Shown here one piece after another: positions 42,425-52,187 of a stretch of DNA of 64,000 bases. Under the pieces are notes generated by a model. The model worked only from the letters and a program-made list of their open reading frames with translations. It was not told the origin of the DNA and searched no databases. The first letter of the stretch is position 1, and each line of letters opens with the position of its first letter. Source of the stretch: an uncultured Gemmatimonadales bacterium (GTDB lineage: Bacteria; Gemmatimonadota; Gemmatimonadetes; Longimicrobiales; RSA9); NCBI GenBank assembly GCA_963708135.1, contig OY970192.1:2368001-2432000 (forward strand), read 5' to 3'. Both the position numbers and the translations under genes were made by a program.

Positions 42425-42518
42425 GAACCGTCTTCTCCTTTGTCGTCTCGAGCCATCGTTCGCTTCAGGCTTCTTCCCGCCCGACGGTTCGTGGCGGTTT
42501 ACACCCGGTCCAGCGTGC
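42425..42518 (-). promoter_or_regulatory. Candidate S4 autoregulatory leader
   Basis: GUAAA-CCGCC...GGCGG-GAAGAAGC; loop GAACCGUC is complementary to GACGGUUC immediately before the rpsD AUG. Confidence 0.45.
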
Positions 42519-42914
42519 CTAGACTCGCCGCTTCTTCGGCGGCCGGCAGCCGTTGTGCGGGATCGGCGTCACATCCCGGATCGACTTCACCTGGAGTCCC
42601 GCCGCCGCCAGCGCCTGGATCGCCGACTCGCGGCCGCTCCCCGGACCCTGCACCCGCACATGCACCCGCCTCATCCCCAGATTGGCCGCCTCCCGCCCGC
42701 ACTGCTCGGCCGCCACCGTGGCGGCGAACGGCGTGGACTTCTTCGACCCCTTGAAGCCCGCCTTCCCGGCGCTGCCCCACACCACCACGCCTCCGCTCAT
42801 GTCCGTGATCGTCACGAGCGTGTTGTTGAACGTGGCCTTGATGTGGGCGATGCCCTCCGCCTCGACGTGCTTCCGCGCCCGCTTGGTCCGGGCACCCTTC
42901 TTCGGATTGGCCAT
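42519..42914 (-). CDS. rpsK: 30S ribosomal protein uS11
   Basis: [14 protein letters not shown] and [13 protein letters not shown] motifs. Confidence 0.98.
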   Translation of the reverse strand: MANPKKGARTKRARKHVEAEGIAHIKATFNNTLVTITDMSGGVVVWGSAGKAGFKGSKKSTPFAATVAAEQCGREAANLGMRRVHVRVQGPGSGRESAIQALAAAGLQVKSIRDVTPIPHNGCRPPKKRRV

Positions 42915-42979
42915 CGAATGCCTTCCGCGACTGTTGGATCGTGAACGTGCGCACGTGCGCGCCCGCACGCGCCTCCGTT

Positions 42980-43360
42980 CTACTTCTTCGGCGCCTTCTT
43001 CTTGCCCGCGATCGCCCGCCGCGCGCCCTTGTGCGTGCGCGCGTTCGTGTGCGTGCGCTGGCCCCGCACCGGCAGGCCGCGCCGGTGCCGCAGCCCCCGG
43101 TAGCAGCCGATGTCCATGAGCCGCTTGATGTTCATGGACACTTCCGTGCGCAGCGCGCCCTCCACCTTGTGCTGGCTCTCGATCACGCGCCGCAGCCGAT
43201 TGACCTCCTCGTCCGACAGCTCGTGCACGCGCCGGTCCGGGTTCACCGCCGTCTGCGCGAGGATCTTCGTCGCCGTCGAGGCGCCGATTCCGAAGATGTA
43301 GGTGAGCGCGACCTCGATGCGCTTGTTGCGCGGCAGGTCCACGCCTGCGATTCGTGCCAT
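42980..43360 (-). CDS. rpsM: 30S ribosomal protein uS13
   Basis: [10 protein letters not shown]...GLPVRGQRT. Confidence 0.98.
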   Translation of the reverse strand: MARIAGVDLPRNKRIEVALTYIFGIGASTATKILAQTAVNPDRRVHELSDEEVNRLRRVIESQHKVEGALRTEVSMNIKRLMDIGCYRGLRHRRGLPVRGQRTHTNARTHKGARRAIAGKKKAPKK

Positions 43361-43364
43361 ACGG

Positions 43365-43481
43365 TTACCCCTGCCGCTGCTTGTGGCGCGGATTCTTCTT
43401 GCAGATGATGCGCACGACGCCGGCGCGGCGGATCACCTTGCAGTGCTCGCAGATCGGTTTGACGCTGCTACGGACCTTCAT
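43365..43481 (-). CDS. rpmJ: 50S ribosomal protein bL36
   Basis: Hand translation [38 protein letters not shown] (too short for the ORF track). Confidence 0.97.
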   Translation of the reverse strand: MKVRSSVKPICEHCKVIRRAGVVRIICKKNPRHKQRQG

Positions 43482-43544
43482 GGCGCCTCGCCATGTGTAG
43501 GGTTACTGGACAGCTTTGTAATATACCCCTTCGTTCCCGCCGGA

Positions 43545-44309
43545 TCAAGGGCGCCCGGGCAGGGCCGTCAGCACCTTCGGGCCGTCCGCCTGGACCGCCA
43601 CGGTGTGCTCGAAGTGGGCGCTGCGCTTGCGGTCGGCGGTGACCACCGTCCAGCGGTCGGAGAGCGTGCGGACGGCGGCCTGCCCCTGGTTGACCATCGG
43701 CTCAATGGCGATGACGAGGCCGGCCTCGAGGCGCAGGCCGCGGCCGGCGTGGCCGAAGTTCGGCACGTTCGGCTCCTCGTGGGGGGAGCGCCCGATGCCG
43801 TGGCCGACGAGGTCGCGGACGACGCTGAAGCCGGCCTGCTCGGCGGTCGCCTGGACGGCGGCGCCGATGTCGCCGATGCGGTTGCCGGGGAGCGCGTGGG
43901 CGATGCCGCGGCGGAGCGCCTCCTGGGTGATGTCGAGGAGGCGCCGGGACTCGGCGTCCACCTCCCCCACGGGATAGGTGCGGGCGGCGTCGGCGTACCA
44001 GCCCTCGAGGCGCACGCCGGCATCGACACTGACGAGGTCGCCGGCGGCGAGCCTGCGGCGGCGGCTGGGGATGCCGTGGACGACCTCCTGGTTGACCGAG
44101 ATGCAGAGACTGGCGGGAAAGCCGTAGAGGCCCTTGAAGGCGGGCTCGGCGCCGGGGTGTGCGCGGATGAAGTCCTCGGCGAAGGCGTCGAGCTCGGCGG
44201 TCGTCACGTCGGGGCGGATCTCATCGGGGAGCGTCTCGAAGAGCCGGGCGAGGATGACGCCCGCGCGGGCGATGGCCTCGATCTCCTGCGGGGCCTTGAG
44301 GGAGATCAC
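43545..44309 (-). CDS. map: Methionine aminopeptidase type I
   Basis: CISVNQEVVHGIP, GHGIG, HEEP, IEPM and SAHFEHT motifs. Confidence 0.97.
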   Translation of the reverse strand: MISLKAPQEIEAIARAGVILARLFETLPDEIRPDVTTAELDAFAEDFIRAHPGAEPAFKGLYGFPASLCISVNQEVVHGIPSRRRRLAAGDLVSVDAGVRLEGWYADAARTYPVGEVDAESRRLLDITQEALRRGIAHALPGNRIGDIGAAVQATAEQAGFSVVRDLVGHGIGRSPHEEPNVPNFGHAGRGLRLEAGLVIAIEPMVNQGQAAVRTLSDRWTVVTADRKRSAHFEHTVAVQADGPKVLTALPGRP

Positions 44310-44953
44310 GAGGCGAGCACCCCCCCGATCGCATCCTGGACCTCCTCCACGCTGCGGTCGCCATCCACGTGGAGGACCGGCACGCCGCTATCCTCGTAGT
44401 GGGCGAGGATCGGCTCGGTCTGGGCGGCGTAGACGTCGAGGCGGCGGCGGACGGTCTCGGGCGCGTCGTCGTCGCGGCGGACGAGCGTGGCGCCACACGA
44501 GTCGCAGCGGTCCTCGACGCGGGGCGGCTCGAAGTGGACGTTGTAGACGGTCTTGCAGCCCGGGCAGGAGCGCCGGCCGGCGAGGCGCTTGACCAAGGTC
44601 TCGGAGTTGACGTCCAGGACGACGACGGCGTCGAGCGGCTTGCCGGTCTGCGCCAGGATGCCGTCCAGCGCCAGGGCCTGCGGCAGCGTGCGCGGGAAGC
44701 CGTCAAAGATGACGCCGCTCTCGGCCGCGGGGGAGGCGAGGGCCTCGCGCACGAGGCCGAGGATGACGCTGTCCGGGACGAGCTCGCCGGCGTCCATGTA
44801 GCCGCGCGCTTGCTGGCCGAGCGGCGTGCCCTGCCGCACGGCCTCGCGCAGGAGGTCGCCGGTGGAGAGGCGCAGGGCGCCGGAGCGTTCCGCGAGCAGG
44901 GCTCCCTGGGTGCCTTTTCCGGCACCGGGAGCCCCGAAGAGAATCAAGTTCAT
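44306..44953 (-). CDS. adk: Adenylate kinase
   Basis: GAPGAGKGTQ, STGDLLR, DGFPRT and a zinc-lid CxxC...CxxC. Confidence 0.97.
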   Translation of the reverse strand: MNLILFGAPGAGKGTQGALLAERSGALRLSTGDLLREAVRQGTPLGQQARGYMDAGELVPDSVILGLVREALASPAAESGVIFDGFPRTLPQALALDGILAQTGKPLDAVVVLDVNSETLVKRLAGRRSCPGCKTVYNVHFEPPRVEDRCDSCGATLVRRDDDAPETVRRRLDVYAAQTEPILAHYEDSGVPVLHVDGDRSVEEVQDAIGGVLAS

Positions 44954-45005
44954 GAGCCGTTCGCCGTGTGTACGCGCGGCGCTACTGTAGCGTCCGACAA
45001 ATAGC

Positions 45006-45034
45006 TTGACACAAGGAGGCGCCGGGCGTATCCT
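45006..45034 (+). promoter_or_regulatory. Transposase promoter (leaderless mRNA)
   Basis: TTGACA-N17-TATCCT-N6-ATG. Confidence 0.7.
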
Positions 45035-45040
45035 TGCGCC

Positions 45041-46129
45041 ATGGCGCGACCTGTGTCCAAGATCGAGATCACCGACGCCGAACGGCAAGAGCTTGAGCGG
45101 CGTGTGAAGGCGCCCAGCGTGTCCAAGCGCGACAGCCTTCGTGCCGCCATCGTGCTGCGGCGCGGGCGCGGTCTCGGCCAGGTGCAGGTGGCGCGGGAGC
45201 TGGGCGTGAGCGCCGCGTGCGTCAACAAGTGGTCCCAACGCTTCGAGCGCGAAGGCCTGGACGGCCTGAAGGATCGAAAAGGACGGGGCCGGCGCCCCTC
45301 GATCCCGGCGCACAAGGTGGAGCAGGTCATCACGCGGGCGACTCGGCCGCCCAAGCCGTGCACGCGTTGGAGTGTGCGCACAATGGCCCGTGAGGTCGGG
45401 ATCTCGCCGGACAGCGTGCACCGGATCTGGCGGGCAAACGAGATCAAGCCGCACCTGACGCAGACGTTCAAGCTGTCGAACGATCCGCGCTTCGAGGAGA
45501 AGTTCTGGGACGTGATCGGGCTGTATCTCGATCCGCCCGAGAGGGCGCTGGTCCTGTGTTGTGACGAGAAGAGCCAGTGCCAGGCCTTGGAGCGCACCCA
45601 ACCGGGCTTACCCCTCGGCGTCGGGGAGATTCGCACCAAGACCCACGACTACACCCGCCACGGCACCATCACGCTGTTTGCTGCACTGAACTACCTCGAC
45701 GGCAAATTGATCGCGCGCACGGAAGAGCGTCACACGCACGTCGAGTGGCTTCGCTTCCTCAAGCAGATCGATCGGGAGACGCCCAAGGATCTCGATCTAC
45801 ACCTCGTCGTGGACAATTACTGCACGCACAAGCAAGAGAGCGTAACCCAGTGGCTTGCGAAGCATCCGCGCTTCCACCTTCACTTCACGCCGACCAGCTC
45901 GTCCTGGTTGAATCTCGTCGAGCGCTTCTTCGGAGAGCTGACGCAGGACGTGATTCGGGAGGGCAGCTTCTCCAGCGTACGCGAGCTGGTGAGTGACATC
46001 GAGAGCTACTTGGCCGAACGAAAGCTCCATCCCAAGCCGTACCGGTGGCGAGCCAAAGGCGAGGACATCTTGCGCAAGATCCAGCGTGCACGCGAGGCGC
46101 TCACCGCAGTACGCTCGGAGTCTTGTTAA
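45041..46129 (+). CDS. IS630-family transposase
   Basis: HTH N-terminus; CCDEKSQCQAL, VDNYCTHK and TPTSSSWLNLVERFF motifs. Confidence 0.96.
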   Translation: MARPVSKIEITDAERQELERRVKAPSVSKRDSLRAAIVLRRGRGLGQVQVARELGVSAACVNKWSQRFEREGLDGLKDRKGRGRRPSIPAHKVEQVITRATRPPKPCTRWSVRTMAREVGISPDSVHRIWRANEIKPHLTQTFKLSNDPRFEEKFWDVIGLYLDPPERALVLCCDEKSQCQALERTQPGLPLGVGEIRTKTHDYTRHGTITLFAALNYLDGKLIARTEERHTHVEWLRFLKQIDRETPKDLDLHLVVDNYCTHKQESVTQWLAKHPRFHLHFTPTSSSWLNLVERFFGELTQDVIREGSFSSVRELVSDIESYLAERKLHPKPYRWRAKGEDILRKIQRAREALTAVRSESC

Positions 46130-46154
46130 ATCAACTCAATTGGCAGACACTACA

Positions 46155-47468
46155 CTACATGTATCGCTGCCGGCCGCGGAACCGAACGCGGCCCTTCTTC
46201 ATGAAGCCCTCGTAGTGGCGCAGCAGGAGGTGCTGCTGCATCTGCTGTACGGTGTCGAGGGCGACGCCGACGACGATGAGCAGCGAGGTGCCGCCGAAGA
46301 GGAAGAGCTGGGCTCCCAGCGCCTGACTGACCCAGAACGGGAGCAGCGCGATCAGGGCCAGGTAGATGGAGCCGGGCAGCGTGATCCGGCTGAGCACGTA
46401 GTCGATGTACTCGACCGTGCGCGCCCCCGGCTTCACGCCGGGAATGAAGGCCCCCTGCTTCTTGAGGTTGTCCGCCAGATCGACCGGATTGAAGATGATC
46501 GCCGTGTAGAAGTAGGTGAAGAAGACGATCAGGATCGAGTAGGCGAGGTAGTAGCCGGGCGTGCCGACCTGCACGTAATCGGCGATCATCTTCAGGAACG
46601 GCACGTTGGCGAAGGTGGCGGCCGTCGTCGGCACGATGATGATCGACTGCGCGAAGATGATCGGCATCACGCCGGCCGAGTTGATGCGCAGCGGGATGAA
46701 GCTCTTCTGGCCCTCGCGGATCCGGCCTCGTCCCATGACCTTGCGCGGGATCTGGACGGGGATCTTGCGGGCGGCCATGGTCATGGCGACCACACCGGCC
46801 ACCACCCCGATCATGAGCAGGACGATCATTACCAGGGCCGGAATGCTGATGACGCTGGTGGTCACCGCCTCCCAGGTACGGGCGAGGGCGGAGGGGAAGC
46901 GGTCGATGATGTTGAAGAAGATCAGCAGCGACATGCCGTTGCCGATCCCCCGCTCGGTAATCATCTCCCCGAGCCACATGACGAAGACCGCGCCGCTGGT
47001 CATGATCAGCGCAGTGCTGATCATGAAGCTGAAGCCGGGGTAGCGCACCGCCCCCTGCATGCTCTGCAGGAACACCGCGTAGCCCCACGCCTGAAGGAAG
47101 GAGAGGGCGACGGTGGCGTAGCGGGTCCACTGCGTGAGCTTCTTCCGCCCGTCCTCGCCCTCCTTCTGCATCTTCTCGACCGTCGGGAAGACGGCCGCCA
47201 GCAGCTGGAACATGATGCTGGCGGAGATATACGGCATGATGCCGAGGGAGAAGATGGTCGCCCGCTGCAGGGCGCCGCCGACGAAGAGGTCGTAGAGGCC
47301 GAGCACGGTGCCCTGGAGCTGGCCGAACTGCTGCTGCAGCACGCCCACGTCGAGGCCCGGCGCGGTGATGTGGGCGCCGATGCGGTAGACGAAGAGCGCC
47401 AGGAGGGTGAAGAGGATCTTCTCCTTCAGCTCCGGGATCTTCCAGAGGTTGGGAATCGGGTTGGCCAT
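46155..47468 (-). CDS. secY: Preprotein translocase subunit SecY
   Basis: LGIMPYISASI, GIGNGMSL, AGVMPIIFA and GGTSLLIVVGV motifs. Confidence 0.98.
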   Translation of the reverse strand: MANPIPNLWKIPELKEKILFTLLALFVYRIGAHITAPGLDVGVLQQQFGQLQGTVLGLYDLFVGGALQRATIFSLGIMPYISASIMFQLLAAVFPTVEKMQKEGEDGRKKLTQWTRYATVALSFLQAWGYAVFLQSMQGAVRYPGFSFMISTALIMTSGAVFVMWLGEMITERGIGNGMSLLIFFNIIDRFPSALARTWEAVTTSVISIPALVMIVLLMIGVVAGVVAMTMAARKIPVQIPRKVMGRGRIREGQKSFIPLRINSAGVMPIIFAQSIIIVPTTAATFANVPFLKMIADYVQVGTPGYYLAYSILIVFFTYFYTAIIFNPVDLADNLKKQGAFIPGVKPGARTVEYIDYVLSRITLPGSIYLALIALLPFWVSQALGAQLFLFGGTSLLIVVGVALDTVQQMQQHLLLRHYEGFMKKGRVRFRGRQRYM

Positions 47469-47472
47469 GCGC

Positions 47473-47925
47473 TCAGCTCTCCAGCAGCTCGACCGCGCCG
47501 CCCGCGGCCTCGATCTTGGCGCGGGCGCTCGCGCTCACGGCGTGGGTCCGAACGGTGAGCTTGCGGTCGATGTCGCCATCTCCAAGAAGCTTGATGGGCA
47601 GCTTCGAGCCCCTGCTGACGAGGCCGCTCGCGCCGAGGGTCTCGGGCGTGACCTCGTCGCCGTCGATGCGGCCGAGGTCGCGCAGGTTGACGACCGCGTA
47701 CTCCGTGCGGAACCGATTCGTGAAGCCGCGCTTCGGGACGCGCCGCTGGAGCGGCATCTGTCCCCCCTCGAACCAGGAGGGCATGCCGTGATGGCCGGTG
47801 CGGGCCTTCTGGCCCTTGTGACCCTTGCCGGCGGTCTTGCCCTTCCCCGAGCCGGGGCCGCGGCCGATGCGCTTGCGGCGGCGGTTGGCGCCGTCCGGGC
47901 TGCGCAGATTGCTGAGGTCCGTCAT
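47473..47925 (-). CDS. rplO: 50S ribosomal protein uL15
   Basis: [19 protein letters not shown] and FEGGQMPL motifs. Confidence 0.98.
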   Translation of the reverse strand: MTDLSNLRSPDGANRRRKRIGRGPGSGKGKTAGKGHKGQKARTGHHGMPSWFEGGQMPLQRRVPKRGFTNRFRTEYAVVNLRDLGRIDGDEVTPETLGASGLVSRGSKLPIKLLGDGDIDRKLTVRTHAVSASARAKIEAAGGAVELLES

Positions 47926-48149
47926 TTCTGCTCCTCGCCTGCCTCGACCTCCTGGACGGCCACCAGGTGCTGGACCTGGAAGAGCATGCCCCGGATCGCG
48001 GGCGTATCCGTCTGAATGACCGACTGCTGATGCCGCCGCAGCCCGAGCGCACGCAGCGTCGCCCGATGCTTGCCCGGGCGACCGTTCCCGCTCCTGACCT
48101 GCGTGATCCTCAGCTTCCGCGGCGCGTCGGCCTCTTTCTTCCTAGCCAC
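47922..48149 (-). CDS. rpmD: 50S ribosomal protein uL30
   Basis: LRITQVRS...[10 protein letters not shown]...PAIRGML. Confidence 0.95.
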   Translation of the reverse strand: MARKKEADAPRKLRITQVRSGNGRPGKHRATLRALGLRRHQQSVIQTDTPAIRGMLFQVQHLVAVQEVEAGEEQK

Positions 48150-48675
48150 GGCGTACCCCCAGCTCCTGGACGGTGATCCCTCGCTCCGCGGCCACCTGCT
48201 CGGCCGTCACCAGCTCCGTCAGACCGTTGAACGTGGCGCGGGCGACATTGATCGGGTTGTCCGAGCCGAGGCTCTTCGTGAGCACGTCGCTGATGCCGAC
48301 GGCCTCCAGCACGGCGCGCACGGGACCGCCCGCGATCACGCCCGTTCCGGCGCCGGCCGGCTTCAGCAGCACCCGGGCCGAGCCCTGCCTGCCGATGATC
48401 TCGTGCGGTATGGTTCCGGACTGCACCGGCACCTCGACCATGCCGCGCCGCGCCTGCTCGAGCCCCTTCCGGATCGCCTCCGCGACCTCGTTCGCCTTGC
48501 CGAGCGCGAGGCCGACCTTGCCCTTCTTGTCCCCCACCGCCACCAGCGCGGTGAAAGAGAAGCGCCGGCCGCCTTTCACGACCTTTGCGACGCGATTGAC
48601 GAACACGACGTTCTCGACGAGGTCCGACTGCTCCCGCCCCCGCCGGCCGCCCCCGCCTCTCTGGTCTCTAGCCAT
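48142..48675 (-). CDS. rpsE: 30S ribosomal protein uS5
   Basis: [16 protein letters not shown] and GTGVIAGG motifs. Confidence 0.98.
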   Translation of the reverse strand: MARDQRGGGGRRGREQSDLVENVVFVNRVAKVVKGGRRFSFTALVAVGDKKGKVGLALGKANEVAEAIRKGLEQARRGMVEVPVQSGTIPHEIIGRQGSARVLLKPAGAGTGVIAGGPVRAVLEAVGISDVLTKSLGSDNPINVARATFNGLTELVTAEQVAAERGITVQELGVRRG

Positions 48676-48711
48676 TCCGCTGCCTCTCCATTCGCGATGC
48701 GGGCACAGCCC

Positions 48712-49098
48712 TCAGAACTCCAGGCCGCCCTCGCGGGCGCCTTCCGCGAAAGCGGCGATGCGCCCGTGGTACAGGTAGCCGCCGCGATCGAACACGACGC
48801 CCGTGATCCCGGCCGCCTTCGCGCGCTCCGCCAGCAGGCGGCCGGCAGCGCGGCTTGCGGCGGTCTTGCTCAGCTCCTCCTCCTCGCCCTGCCGCTCGCG
48901 CAGCTCCGGCGCGAGGGTGGAAACGCCGAGGAGCATCTTGCCGCTGACGTCGTCCGTCAGGTGGCCCTGCATGTTTTTCAGCGAGCGGTGCACGACGAGG
49001 CGCGGCCGGTCCGCCGTGCCCTCGACCTTGCGGCGGACGCGGCGGTGCCTGCGCAGCCGCTGCTGCTCGCGATCTCTCGACTTCTGTCTGAATGCCAT
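48712..49098 (-). CDS. rplR: 50S ribosomal protein uL18
   Basis: [22 protein letters not shown] and AREGGLEF motifs. Confidence 0.97.
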   Translation of the reverse strand: MAFRQKSRDREQQRLRRHRRVRRKVEGTADRPRLVVHRSLKNMQGHLTDDVSGKMLLGVSTLAPELRERQGEEEELSKTAASRAAGRLLAERAKAAGITGVVFDRGGYLYHGRIAAFAEGAREGGLEF

Positions 49099-49114
49099 GG
49101 TCCGTGTCCCCGGG

Positions 49115-49654
49115 CTACTTGGCGCCCGCCTTGCCGGCCTTGCGCCGGACTTGCTCACCCTGATAGCGGATCCCCTTGCCCTTGTAGGGCTCCGGCGGCC
49201 GAACCGCCCGGATCTCCGCCGCGACCTGTCCAACCTTTTCCTTGTCGATCCCCTCGACCAGCACCGTTGTCGGGGTGGGCGCCGTGAGCGAGATCCCCGC
49301 CGGCTCCGGGTATACGACGGTATGCGAGTAGCCCACGCTCAGGACCAGCGTGCCACCCTTCTTCTCCGCCCGGTAGCCGACGCCGATGATCTCGAGCGCG
49401 CGCCGGAAGCCGGCGGAGACGCCCTGCACCATGTTGGCGAGGAGCGCCCGCGTGAGGCCGTGCAGGGCGCGGTGCATCGTCTCGTCCGACGGCCGCTCGA
49501 CGAGGACCTGCCCGTCCTCGATCCGGATCGTCATCTCGGAGCGGAAGGTGCGCTCGAGCTCGCCCTTTGGCCCCTTCACCCGGACCGTCGCGCCGTCCAC
49601 GCTCACCGTGACACCGCTCGGGATCGGGATCGGCTTCTTGCCAATGCGTGACAT
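49115..49654 (-). CDS. rplF: 50S ribosomal protein uL6
   Basis: MSRIGKKPI...[11 protein letters not shown]. Confidence 0.98.
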   Translation of the reverse strand: MSRIGKKPIPIPSGVTVSVDGATVRVKGPKGELERTFRSEMTIRIEDGQVLVERPSDETMHRALHGLTRALLANMVQGVSAGFRRALEIIGVGYRAEKKGGTLVLSVGYSHTVVYPEPAGISLTAPTPTTVLVEGIDKEKVGQVAAEIRAVRPPEPYKGKGIRYQGEQVRRKAGKAGAK

Positions 49655-49670
49655 CAGTTCGTCTCTCCGC

Positions 49671-50063
49671 TCACCAGACCAGCGCCATGACTTCGCCACC
49701 CACGTTGCGGGCGCGCGCCTCCTTGTCCGACATGAGACCCTGCGGCGTGGAGACGATCGCGATGCCCAGGCCGCCGCGGACGCGCGGCAGCGCCGAGGCG
49801 CCGGAATAGGCGCGCCTGCCCGGGCGCGAGATGCGCTGCAGGTTCCGGATCACGGGCCGGTCCTCGTAGTACTTGAGGTAAAGGCGGAGCACGCCGTGAC
49901 GCCCGTCATCCAGCAGCTTGTAGTCGTGGATGAAGTGGTGCTCCTTGAGGACGCGCGCGATCTCGGTCTTGAGCTTGGAGGGAGGCACATCCACGCGGCG
50001 GTGCCGCGCCCCCCCTGCGTTGCGGATGCGCGTGAGCATGTCCGCGACAGGGTCCGTCATCAT
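49671..50063 (-). CDS. rpsH: 30S ribosomal protein uS8
   Basis: [13 protein letters not shown]...GLGIAIVST...GGEV. Confidence 0.98.
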   Translation of the reverse strand: MMTDPVADMLTRIRNAGGARHRRVDVPPSKLKTEIARVLKEHHFIHDYKLLDDGRHGVLRLYLKYYEDRPVIRNLQRISRPGRRAYSGASALPRVRGGLGIAIVSTPQGLMSDKEARARNVGGEVMALVW

Positions 50064-50075
50064 GTCGGTGATCTC

Positions 50076-50110
50076 TCCTATAGTATCCGGTCGCTGCCGG
50101 ACTTGTAGGA
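50076..50110 (-). promoter_or_regulatory. Candidate S8-binding operator hairpin (16S helix-21 mimic) overlapping the rpsH SD
   Basis: UCCUAC-AAGUC-CGG-cagcga-CCG-GAUACU-AUAGGA; the 3' strand includes AGGA of the AGGAG SD. Confidence 0.65.
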
Positions 50111-50127
50111 ACTGGGGAATCCAGCTC

Positions 50128-50313
50128 TTACCAGCTCGCCTTGCGAACGCCCGGGATCTCGCCGCGCAGCGACATCTCGCGGAAGCAGATACGGCACAGC
50201 CCGAACTTGCGGATGAAGGCCCGCGGCCGGCCGCAACGGGTGCAGCGGTTGCGGGTGCGGACGCCGAACTTCGGCTTGCGCCGCGACTTCTCGATGAGCG
50301 CCTTTCTGGCCAT
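50128..50313 (-). CDS. rpsN: 30S ribosomal protein uS14 (61 aa, zinc type)
   Basis: RCTRCGRPR...LCRICFRE...GVRKASW. Confidence 0.98.
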   Translation of the reverse strand: MARKALIEKSRRKPKFGVRTRNRCTRCGRPRAFIRKFGLCRICFREMSLRGEIPGVRKASW

Positions 50314-50342
50314 GTTCCTCTCGTCTCGGTGTGGCGGCGCGC

Positions 50343-50933
50343 TCAGACGGCCGCGCCGCTCAGCTCTTCGCCGGACACGATGACGGGCGTGCCGCCCCGG
50401 AACGGCATTCCCAGCTCGCGCAGCAGGGCGAACGCCTCGTCGTCCTTGTCGGTCGTGCTGACCATGACGATGTCCATCCCGTGCACCTGCGCGACCTTGT
50501 CGTACTCGATCTCGGGGAAGATGAGCTGCTCCTTGACCCCGAGGTTGTAGTTGCCGCGGCCGTCGAAGGAGCGCGTCGGCAGGCCGCGGAAATCACGGAT
50601 CCGCGGTATGGCCACGTTGATGAGCCGGTCCAGGAACTCATACATCCTGGGGCCACGCAGCGTGACCATGGCACCAATGGGCATTCCCTGCCGGATGCCG
50701 AAGTTGGAGATCGCCTTCCGCGCCCGCGTCACGACCGGCTTCTGGCCGGTGATCATTCCCAGCTCCTCGAGCACCGACTCGAGCAGCTTCGGGTTCTTCG
50801 GCGCCTCGCCGACGCCAACGTTCAGAACCACCTTCTCGATGCGCGGGACCCGCAGCGGGTTGTCGAAGCCGAATTCCTCCATGAGCTTCGGCTGGATCCG
50901 CTCCTCATAGTACTTCTGCAGTCTGGGCTTCAT
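50343..50933 (-). CDS. rplE: 50S ribosomal protein uL5
   Basis: [14 protein letters not shown] and FDGRGNY motifs. Confidence 0.98.
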   Translation of the reverse strand: MKPRLQKYYEERIQPKLMEEFGFDNPLRVPRIEKVVLNVGVGEAPKNPKLLESVLEELGMITGQKPVVTRARKAISNFGIRQGMPIGAMVTLRGPRMYEFLDRLINVAIPRIRDFRGLPTRSFDGRGNYNLGVKEQLIFPEIEYDKVAQVHGMDIVMVSTTDKDDEAFALLRELGMPFRGGTPVIVSGEELSGAAV

Positions 50934-50946
50934 CTGCTCCCGTTCC

Positions 50947-51330
50947 TTAGCCCTGCGGCTTCGGGATGGCGTTGCCGCTCTTGGCCGCGATCCGCTCCTT
51001 GGTGCCGCCCTCGTCGATGTGCGCGCGTGTCCGGGTCGGATCGCCGCTCTTCGGGTCGAGCAGCATCACGTTGGAGGCATGGATCGGCGCCTCGAAGGTG
51101 ATGATGCCGCCCTCCGGGTTGGCATCGCTGGGCCGGGTGTGCCGCTTGCGCAGGTTCACGCCCTCCACGACCACCCGATTCTCCTTGGCCAGGACGCGCA
51201 GGATCGTGCCCTCCATGCCGGCGTGGTTGCCTCGCGTCACGCGCACATGATCGCCGCGGCGCACGTGCATCTTCTGGCGCTTCTTCTGACTGTGGCGGGC
51301 GGTGCCCATGCCCATGACCATGCGGGTCAT
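50947..51330 (-). CDS. rplX: 50S ribosomal protein uL24 (start uncertain; possible N-terminal extension)
   Basis: [15 protein letters not shown] and EAPIHASNV motifs. Confidence 0.95.
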   Translation of the reverse strand: MTRMVMGMGTARHSQKKRQKMHVRRGDHVRVTRGNHAGMEGTILRVLAKENRVVVEGVNLRKRHTRPSDANPEGGIITFEAPIHASNVMLLDPKSGDPTRTRAHIDEGGTKERIAAKSGNAIPKPQG

Positions 51331-51698
51331 CAGATCACCTCCGGCGCGAGCGAGACGATCTTCATGAACCGCTTCTCGCGCAGCTCGCGGCCGACGGGGC
51401 CGAAAATGCGCGTGGCGCGCGGCTCGCCGGCGTCGTTGATGAGCACGGCCGCGTTGTCGTCGAACCGGATGTAGGAGCCATCCTTGCGGCGAGCCTCCTT
51501 CGCGGTGCGGACGACGACCGCCCGGGCGACCTCGCCCTTCTTGACGGTGCCGTGCGGGATGGCGTCCTTGATGGCGACGATGATGATGTCGCCCACACGC
51601 GCGTAGCGGCGGCCGGAGCCACCGAGGACGCGAATGCAGAGCGCCTCCTTGGCACCCGAGTTGTCCGCGATCTTGAGCCTGGTCTCCTGCTGGATCAT
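51330..51698 (-). CDS. rplN: 50S ribosomal protein uL14
   Basis: [17 protein letters not shown]...SLAPEVI. Confidence 0.98.
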   Translation of the reverse strand: MIQQETRLKIADNSGAKEALCIRVLGGSGRRYARVGDIIIVAIKDAIPHGTVKKGEVARAVVVRTAKEARRKDGSYIRFDDNAAVLINDAGEPRATRIFGPVGRELREKRFMKIVSLAPEVI

Positions 51699-51708
51699 TG
51701 TCCGCGCC

Positions 51709-51984
51709 TCACTTCGCCCGCTCGACGATCTCGACGACCCGCCAGCGCTTCAGCTTGGACAGAGGCCGGGTCTCCATGATGCGGACCCTGTCGCCCGCGT
51801 GCGCCTGCCGCTCCTCATCGTGCGCGTAGTACCTCTTGGTGCGCGCGACCTTCTTGCCGTAGAGCCGGTGCGAGACTTGGCGCCCGACCGCGACGACGAC
51901 CGTCTTGTCCATGCGGTCGCTCACCACGGTTCCCACGCGCGTCTTGCGGCTCCCTCTCGTCTCGTCAGCCATATCCGGACTCAT
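51709..51984 (-). CDS. rpsQ: 30S ribosomal protein uS17
   Basis: [14 protein letters not shown]...[11 protein letters not shown]. Confidence 0.97.
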   Translation of the reverse strand: MSPDMADETRGSRKTRVGTVVSDRMDKTVVVAVGRQVSHRLYGKKVARTKRYYAHDEERQAHAGDRVRIMETRPLSKLKRWRVVEIVERAK

Positions 51985-52187
51985 TGCTGGGCCTGCTCAG
52001 CGAGCTCGCGCTCGCGCAGGATCGTCTTCATGCGCGCCAGGTCACGGCGCAGCGTCTTGAGCAGCGCCGTATTTTCGAGCTGCTGGGTGGCGCCGCGGAA
52101 CCGGAGCCGGAACAGCTCCTCGTGGATCTCGCCGATGCGGTCGGCGATCTCGCTCTCCGTCAGGTCCCTGATCTCGGCGGCCTTCAC
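51981..52187 (-). CDS. rpmC: 50S ribosomal protein uL29
   Basis: GTG start; KAAEIRDL...ELFRLRF...ARMKTIL. Confidence 0.96.
   Translation of the reverse strand: MKAAEIRDLTESEIADRIGEIHEELFRLRFRGATQQLENTALLKTLRRDLARMKTILRERELAEQAQQ

Larger units (their letters stand above)
44985..46155 (+). mobile_element. IS630-family insertion sequence, ~1171 bp
   Basis: Imperfect terminal IRs CTGTAGCGTCCGACAAATAGCTTGA / GTGTAGTGTCTGCCAATTGAGTTGA, each flanked by TA (44983-44984 and 46156-46157). Confidence 0.9.
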
